DNA of 12,608 nucleotides from a virus (Duplodnaviria; Heunggongvirae; Uroviricota; Caudoviricetes): IMG/VR virus record IMGVR_UViG_2537562191_000063; one strand, 5' to 3'. Shown piece by piece: positions 7,127 to 12,608 of this stretch (position 1 is its first letter; each line of letters starts with the position of its first letter). The notes under the pieces were generated by a model. It saw only the letters and a program-made list of their open reading frames with translations, ran no database searches and was not told where the DNA came from. The position numbers and the translations under genes were made by a program.

Positions 7127-7151
7127 ATAGCCTGCGTATGGCGCAGGCTAT
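7127..7151 (+). other. perfect 10-bp stem-loop (ATAGCCTGCG-tatgg-CGCAGGCTAT) between racC and recE
   Basis: Read directly from the sequence, 6 nt after the racC stop. No U-tract on the plus strand; on the minus strand it is followed by a U-rich run (TTCTTTCAGATTT). Confidence 0.6.
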
Positions 7152-7222
7152 GAACAGTGTGTATCCGGCAAGATCATTCACTGAACAAAACGAATTTTAA
7201 TCTGAGTTGAGGTTAAAAAACA

Positions 7223-9823
7223 ATGAGCACAAAACCACTCTTCCTGTTACGGAAAGCGAAAAAATCATCCGGTGAACCTGACGTCGTCCTGTGGGCAAGC
7301 AACGATTTTGAATCGACCTGTGCCACTCTGGACTACCTGATCGTTAAGTCAGGTAAAAAACTGAGCAGCTATTTTAAAGCTGTTGCCACGAATTTTCCTG
7401 TCGTTAATGACCTGCCCGCTGAAGGTGAGATCGATTTTACCTGGAGTGAACGCTATCAACTCAGCAAAGACTCCATGACATGGGAACTAAAACCGGGAGC
7501 AGCACCAGACAACGCTCACTATCAAGGCAATACCAACGTCAACGGCGAAGACATGACTGAGATTGAGGAGAATATGCTACTCCCAATTTCTGGCCAGGAA
7601 CTGCCCATTCGTTGGCTTGCTCAACACGGCAGCGAAAAACCGGTAACGCACGTTTCACGCGACGGACTCCAGGCATTACACATTGCTCGGGCTGAAGAAC
7701 TACCGGCTGTTACTGCCCTGGCTGTTTCCCACAAAACCAGCCTGCTCGACCCGCTGGAAATTCGCGAACTCCACAAACTGGTTCGTGACACTGACAAAGT
7801 TTTCCCTAATCCTGGTAATTCAAACCTGGGACTGATAACTGCTTTTTTCGAAGCATACCTGAACGCTGACTACACCGATCGAGGACTGCTGACAAAAGAG
7901 TGGATGAAGGGTAATCGTGTTTCACACATCACTCGCACGGCTTCCGGTGCTAATGCTGGCGGCGGAAACCTCACCGATCGCGGCGAAGGTTTCGTACACG
8001 ATCTGACGTCACTGGCGCGCGACGTAGCCACTGGCGTACTGGCCCGTTCAATGGATCTGGACATCTATAACCTTCATCCGGCACACGCTAAACGCATTGA
8101 GGAAATTATCGCTGAAAATAAACCGCCCTTTTCTGTTTTCCGCGACAAATTCATCACCATGCCTGGCGGGCTGGATTATTCCCGCGCCATCGTGGTTGCG
8201 TCCGTAAAAGAAGCACCAATTGGGATCGAGGTCATCCCCGCGCACGTCACTGAATATCTGAACAAAGTACTGACTGAAACCGATCATGCCAACCCTGATC
8301 CGGAAATCGTGGATATTGCCTGCGGTCGCTCCTCTGCCCCGATGCCGCAGCGAGTAACAGAAGAAGGAAAACAGGATGATGAAGAAAAACCGCAACCATC
8401 TGGAACAACGGCAGTTGAACAGGGAGAGGCTGAAACAATGGAACCGGACGCAACTGAACATCATCAGGACACGCAGCCGCTGGATGCTCAGTCACAGGTA
8501 AATTCTGTTGATGCGAAATATCAGGAACTGCGGGCAGAACTCCATGAAGCCCGGAAAAACATTCCATCAAAAAATCCTGTCGATGCCGATAAATTGCTTG
8601 CTGCATCACGTGGTGAATTTGTTGACGGAATTAGCGACCCGAACGATCCGAAATGGGTAAAGGGGATCCAGACTCGCGATTGTGTGTACCAGAACCAGCC
8701 AGAAACGGAAAAAACCAGCCCGGATATGAATCAACCTGAGCCAGTAGTGCAACAGGAACCGGAAATAGCCTGCAATGCCTGCGGCCAGACTGGCGGGGAT
8801 AACTGCCCTGACTGTGGTGCGGTGATGGGCGACGCAACATACCAGGAAACATTCGATGAAGAGAGTCAGGTTGAAGCTAAGGAAAATGATCCGGAGGAAA
8901 TGGAAGGCGCTGAACATCCGCACAATGAGAATGCTGGCAGCGATCCGCATCGCGATTGCAGTGATGAAACTGGCGAAGTCGCAGATCCCGTAATCGTAGA
9001 AGACATAGAGCCAGGTATTTATTACGGAATTTCGAATGAGAATTACCACGCGGGTCCCGGTGTCAGTAAGTCTCAGCTCGATGACATTGCTGATACTCCG
9101 GCACTGTATTTGTGGCGTAAAAATGCCCCCGTGGACACCACAAAGACAAAAACGCTCGATTTAGGAACCGCTTTCCACTGCCGGGTACTTGAGCCGGAAG
9201 AATTCAGTAACCGCTTTATCGTAGCACCTGAATTTAACCGCCGGACAAACTCCGGAAAAGAAGAAGAGAAAGCGTTTCTGAGGGAATGCGCAAGCACAGG
9301 AAAAACGGTTATCACTGCCGAAGAAGGCCGGAAAATTGAACTCATGTATCAGAGCGTTATGGCTTTGCCGCTGGGGCAATGGCTTGTTGAAAGCGCCGGA
9401 CACGCTGAATCATCAATTTACTGGGAAGATCCTGAAACAGCAATTTTGTGTCGGTGCCGTCCGGACAAAATTATCCCTGAATTTCACTGGATCATGGACG
9501 TGAAAACTACGGCGGATATTCAACGATTCAAAACCGCTTATTACGACTACCGCTATCACGTTCAGGATGCATTCTACAGTGACGGTTATGAAGCACAGTT
9601 TGGAGTGCAGCCAACTTTCGTTTTTCTGGTTGCCAGCACAACTATTGAATGCGGACGTTATCCGGTTGAAATTTTCATGATGGGCGAAGAAGCAAAACTG
9701 GCAGGTCAGCTGGAATATCACCGCAATCTGCGAACCCTGGCTGACTGCCTCAATACCGATGAATGGCCAGCTATTAAGACGTTATCACTGCCCCGCTGGG
9801 CTAAGGAATATGCAAATGACTAA
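7223..9823 (+). CDS. recE: exodeoxyribonuclease VIII, RecE (866 aa)
   Basis: 866-aa ORF starting [24 protein letters not shown]... and ending ...[13 protein letters not shown] matches recollected RecE in length and sequence. Followed by overlapping recT. Confidence 0.95.
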   Translation: MSTKPLFLLRKAKKSSGEPDVVLWASNDFESTCATLDYLIVKSGKKLSSYFKAVATNFPVVNDLPAEGEIDFTWSERYQLSKDSMTWELKPGAAPDNAHYQGNTNVNGEDMTEIEENMLLPISGQELPIRWLAQHGSEKPVTHVSRDGLQALHIARAEELPAVTALAVSHKTSLLDPLEIRELHKLVRDTDKVFPNPGNSNLGLITAFFEAYLNADYTDRGLLTKEWMKGNRVSHITRTASGANAGGGNLTDRGEGFVHDLTSLARDVATGVLARSMDLDIYNLHPAHAKRIEEIIAENKPPFSVFRDKFITMPGGLDYSRAIVVASVKEAPIGIEVIPAHVTEYLNKVLTETDHANPDPEIVDIACGRSSAPMPQRVTEEGKQDDEEKPQPSGTTAVEQGEAETMEPDATEHHQDTQPLDAQSQVNSVDAKYQELRAELHEARKNIPSKNPVDADKLLAASRGEFVDGISDPNDPKWVKGIQTRDCVYQNQPETEKTSPDMNQPEPVVQQEPEIACNACGQTGGDNCPDCGAVMGDATYQETFDEESQVEAKENDPEEMEGAEHPHNENAGSDPHRDCSDETGEVADPVIVEDIEPGIYYGISNENYHAGPGVSKSQLDDIADTPALYLWRKNAPVDTTKTKTLDLGTAFHCRVLEPEEFSNRFIVAPEFNRRTNSGKEEEKAFLRECASTGKTVITAEEGRKIELMYQSVMALPLGQWLVESAGHAESSIYWEDPETAILCRCRPDKIIPEFHWIMDVKTTADIQRFKTAYYDYRYHVQDAFYSDGYEAQFGVQPTFVFLVASTTIECGRYPVEIFMMGEEAKLAGQLEYHRNLRTLADCLNTDEWPAIKTLSLPRWAKEYAND

Positions 9824-10625
9824 GCAACCACCAATCGCAAAAGCCGATCTGCAAAAAACTCAGGGAAACCGTGCACCAGCAGCAATTAAAAATAACGACG
9901 TGATTAGTTTTATTAACCAGCCATCAATGAAAGAGCAACTGGCAGCAGCTCTTCCACGCCATATGACGGCTGAACGTATGATCCGTATCGCCACCACAGA
10001 AATTCGTAAAGTTCCGGCGTTAGGAAACTGTGACACTATGAGTTTTGTCAGTGCAATCGTACAGTGTTCACAGCTCGGACTTGAGCCCGGTAGCGCCCTC
10101 GGTCATGCATATTTACTGCCTTTTGGTAATAAAAACGAAAAGAGCGGTAAAAAAAACGTTCAGCTAATCATTGGCTATCGCGGCATGATTGATCTGGCTC
10201 GCCGTTCAGGTCAAATCGCCAGCTTGTCAGCCCGTGTTGTCCGTGAAGGTGACGAGTTTAATTTCGAATTTGGCCTTGATGAAAAGTTAATACACCGCCC
10301 AGGAGAAAACGAAGATGCCCCTGTTACCCACGTCTATGCTGTCGCAAGACTGAAAGACGGAGGTACTCAGTTTGAAGTTATGACGCGCAAACAGATTGAG
10401 CTGGTGCGCAGCCAGAGTAAAGCTGGTAATAACGGGCCGTGGGTAACTCACTGGGAAGAAATGGCAAAGAAAACGGCTATTCGTCGCCTGTTCAAATATC
10501 TGCCCGTATCAATTGAGATCCAGCGTGCAGTATCAATGGATGAAAAGGAACCACTGACAATCGATCCTGCAGATTCCTCTGTATTAACCGGGGAATACAG
10601 TGTAATCGATAATTCAGAGGAATAA
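9816..10625 (+). CDS. recT: RecT single-strand annealing protein (269 aa)
   Basis: ATG at 9816 overlaps the recE 3' end by 8 nt; [27 protein letters not shown]... The ORF-track start at 9759 is an upstream extension and is rejected. Confidence 0.95.
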   Translation: MTKQPPIAKADLQKTQGNRAPAAIKNNDVISFINQPSMKEQLAAALPRHMTAERMIRIATTEIRKVPALGNCDTMSFVSAIVQCSQLGLEPGSALGHAYLLPFGNKNEKSGKKNVQLIIGYRGMIDLARRSGQIASLSARVVREGDEFNFEFGLDEKLIHRPGENEDAPVTHVYAVARLKDGGTQFEVMTRKQIELVRSQSKAGNNGPWVTHWEEMAKKTAIRRLFKYLPVSIEIQRAVSMDEKEPLTIDPADSSVLTGEYSVIDNSEE

Positions 10626-10632
10626 TTCAGCC

Positions 10633-10653
10633 TGGCGGTGTAATGCACCGCCA
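10633..10653 (+). other. hairpin (GGCGGTG-taatg-CACCGCC) between recT and ralR; possible weak terminator or attenuator
   Basis: 7-8 bp GC-rich stem 8 nt after the recT stop; a T-rich run (ATATTTTTAT) starts 8 nt downstream rather than immediately. Confidence 0.35.
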
Positions 10654-10680
10654 ACTTGAAATATTTTTATGAGAAAAATT

Positions 10681-10830
10681 ATGAGATATGACAATGTTAA
10701 ACCATGTCCATTTTGTGGTTGTCCATCAGTAACGGTGAAAGCCATTTCAGGATATTACCGAGCGAAGTGTAACGGATGCGAATCCCGAACCGGTTATGGT
10801 GGAAGTGAAAAAGAAGCACTCGAACGATGA
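10681..10830 (+). pseudogene. ralR: ralR (Lar restriction alleviation / RalR DNase toxin) truncated by a nonsense codon; full-length frame would run to 10875
   Basis: Translation MRYDNVKPCPFCGCPSVTVKAISGYYRAKCNGCESRTGYGGSEKEALER then TGA at 10828-10830. Continuing the same frame gives NKRTTGNNNGGVHV and TAA at 10873-10875, which reproduces the 64-aa RalR I recall with Trp50 at the TGA position. Confidence 0.75.
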
Positions 10831-10867
10831 AATAAACGAACCACTGGAAATAATAATGGAGGTGTTC

Positions 10868-11056
10868 ATGTATAAAATTACCGCCACTATTGAAAAGGAA
10901 GGTGGCACTCCTACTAACTGGACAAGATATTCAAAATCTAAACTAACGAAATCAGAATGCGAAAAAATGCTCTCAGGTAAAAAAGAAGCAGGCGTTTCCA
11001 GAGAGCAGAAAGTAAAACTGATAAATTTTAATTGCGAGAAACTTCAGTCCTCGTGA
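10868..11056 (+). CDS. ydaC: YdaC-like small protein (62 aa from the ATG at 10868; alternative ATG at 10856)
   Basis: GGAGG at 10858-10862 is 5 nt before the ATG at 10868; MYKITATIEKEGGTPTNWTRYSKSKLTKSECEKMLSGKKEAGVSREQKVKLINFNCEKLQSS. The start overlaps the stop of the full-length ralR frame. Confidence 0.7.
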   Translation: MYKITATIEKEGGTPTNWTRYSKSKLTKSECEKMLSGKKEAGVSREQKVKLINFNCEKLQSS

Positions 11057-11155
11057 ATTGCATTGTATTCAAATTAAAACTTCATAGCTGATTATTAATA
11101 ATCAACATCGGGCGTCAATTTAAGTCTAACATTGGCGCCTGCCAGAGGTGATGCG

Positions 11156-11371
11156 ATGGCACAAGTAATCTTTAATGAAGAGTGGATGGTTGAATACGGC
11201 CTGATGCTTCGCACTGGTCTGGGGGCCAGACAAATTGAAGCATACCGCCAGAACTGTTGGGTGGAAGGCTTCCACTTCAAACGAGTATCTCCTTTAGGGA
11301 AGCCAGACAGTAAGCGAGGGATTATCTGGTATAACTATCCAAAGATAAATCAGTTTATCAAAGACTCATGA
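11156..11371 (+). CDS. ydaQ: excisionase-like protein (71 aa)
   Basis: ATG at 11156 with GAGGTG upstream; [44 protein letters not shown]... Directly precedes the integrase with a 1-nt gap. The TTG start at 11132 in the ORF track is rejected. Confidence 0.8.
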   Translation: MAQVIFNEEWMVEYGLMLRTGLGARQIEAYRQNCWVEGFHFKRVSPLGKPDSKRGIIWYNYPKINQFIKDS

Positions 11372-11372
11372 T

Positions 11373-12608
11373 ATGTCTAAATTACCAACAGGTGTCGAGA
11401 TTCGAGGTAAATACATTCGCATCTGGTTCATGTTTCGAGGAAAACGATGTCGGGAAACATTGAAAGGCTGGGAGGTTACTAACAGTAACATTAAAAAAGC
11501 CGGGAATTTAAGAGCGTTGATAGTTCATGAAATCAATTCCGGTGAGTTTGAGTATTTAAGACGTTTTCCCCAGTCCAGCACTGGGGCAAAAATGGTGACA
11601 ACGAGGGTCATAAAAACGTTCGGGGAGCTTTGTGATATCTGGACAAAAATTAAAGAAACAGAGTTAACAACAAACACAATGAAGAAAACGAAATCACAAT
11701 TAAAAACACTCAGGATAATAATTTGTGAGAGTACTCCGATATCGCATATTCGTTATAGCGATATCTTAAACTACCGGAATGAACTGCTGCATGGAGAAAC
11801 GCTTTACCTGGATAATCCAAGATCCAACAAAAAAGGAAGAACCGTGCGCACAGTTGATAACTATATCGCCCTGCTCTGTTCGTTGTTACGTTTTGCGTAT
11901 CAGTCGGGATTTATATCAACCAAACCATTTGAAGGAGTAAAGAAATTACAGAGAAACAGAATAAAGCCTGACCCGTTATCTAAAACAGAATTCAATGCAT
12001 TAATGGAAAGTGAAAAAGGACAGAGCCAGAACTTGTGGAAATTTGCCGTATACTCCGGGCTTCGTCACGGGGAACTGGCTGCTCTGGCGTGGGAGGATGT
12101 GGATTTCGAGAAGGGAGTTGTGAATGTCAGAAGAAACCTGACGATACTGGATATGTTCGGTCCCCCAAAAACAAATGCGGGGATCCGGACGGTAACACTA
12201 CTGCAGCCTGCTCTTGAAGCACTGAAGGAGCAATACAAACTGACCGGGCATCATCGCAAAAGCGAAATCACCTTTTATCATCGGGAGTACGGCAGAACCG
12301 AAAAGCAAAAACTGCATTTTGTTTTCATGCCCAGGGTGTGTAACGGAAAACAAAAACCTTATTACTCGGTAAGCAGTTTGGGGGCAAGGTGGAATGCAGC
12401 AGTAAAACGTGCTGGTATTCGCCGCCGTAATCCGTACCATACGCGGCATACTTTTGCCTGCTGGCTGTTGACGGCAGGAGCGAACCCGGCATTTATAGCC
12501 AGCCAAATGGGGCATGAAACTGCGCAGATGGTGTATGAAATTTACGGTATGTGGATTGATGACATGAACGACGAACAGGTAGCCATGTTGAATGCGCGGT
12601 TATCATAG
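11373..12608 (+). CDS. intR: tyrosine-type prophage integrase (411 aa)
   Basis: MSKLPTGVEIRGKYIRIWFMFRGKRCRETLKGW...; C-terminal HTRHTFACWLL and a downstream Tyr fit a tyrosine recombinase. Length matches recollected Rac IntR. The stop is the last codon of the window. Confidence 0.93.
   Translation: MSKLPTGVEIRGKYIRIWFMFRGKRCRETLKGWEVTNSNIKKAGNLRALIVHEINSGEFEYLRRFPQSSTGAKMVTTRVIKTFGELCDIWTKIKETELTTNTMKKTKSQLKTLRIIICESTPISHIRYSDILNYRNELLHGETLYLDNPRSNKKGRTVRTVDNYIALLCSLLRFAYQSGFISTKPFEGVKKLQRNRIKPDPLSKTEFNALMESEKGQSQNLWKFAVYSGLRHGELAALAWEDVDFEKGVVNVRRNLTILDMFGPPKTNAGIRTVTLLQPALEALKEQYKLTGHHRKSEITFYHREYGRTEKQKLHFVFMPRVCNGKQKPYYSVSSLGARWNAAVKRAGIRRRNPYHTRHTFACWLLTAGANPAFIASQMGHETAQMVYEIYGMWIDDMNDEQVAMLNARLS

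Noticed and set aside
7870-9721. Minus-strand ORFs inside recE (7870-8064, 8048-8464, 8247-8609, 8606-9049, 8631-8852, 9073-9345, 9161-9403, 9413-9721)
   Set aside because: All lie antisense within the well-supported 866-aa recE frame, lack ribosome-binding sites and have low-complexity translations; typical shadow ORFs.
9759-9815. N-terminal extension of recT (track start at 9759)
   Set aside because: The extension lies inside recE coding sequence; the ATG at 9816 gives the canonical MTKQPPIAK start, overlapping the recE stop.
11095-12515. ORFs 11095-11280 (-), 12035-12217 (+), 12198-12515 (-)
   Set aside because: Shadow frames within or antisense to the xis-like and integrase genes.
1-12608. 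CRISPR arrays, tRNA or rRNA genes, attachment-site core repeats
   Set aside because: No regularly spaced short direct repeats and no tRNA-like or rRNA-like sequence seen. The window ends exactly at the integrase stop, so any att site would lie outside it.

Overview
This window reads as the immunity, replication, recombination and integration arm of a Rac-like cryptic lambdoid prophage of Escherichia coli, in the reverse orientation to the usual K-12 map. Gene order is: IS3-family element (partial) | three uncharacterised minus-strand genes | ydaV (DnaC-like) | ydaU | ydaT | ydaS (Cro-like) <-> racR-like repressor -> ydaG, ydaF | sieB (minus) | kilR, ydaE, racC, recE, recT, ralR, ydaC, xis-like, intR, with the window ending on the integrase stop codon. 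Identifications rest on reading the ORF translations and recalling the Rac proteins from memory (RecE 866 aa, RecT 269 aa, IntR 411 aa and others); no database search was run. Most of the content is therefore a known system. The observations I could not explain from the annotation are: (1) three near-identical 19-bp palindromes (TTGTAACGC-N-GCGTTAC) spaced about 200 bp apart in and just upstream of ydaU; (2) a shared AGTACAT motif with identical 24-bp spacing on both sides of the repressor gene, an OR/OL-like layout; (3) a TGG->TGA nonsense codon truncating the RalR toxin; (4) an IS629-like insertion at the left edge that appears to cut a small hydrophobic ORF; (5) several strong hairpins in the silent recET operon, including one directly upstream of recE and a terminator-like structure in the long sieB-kilR spacer. 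No tRNA, rRNA or CRISPR array was seen.
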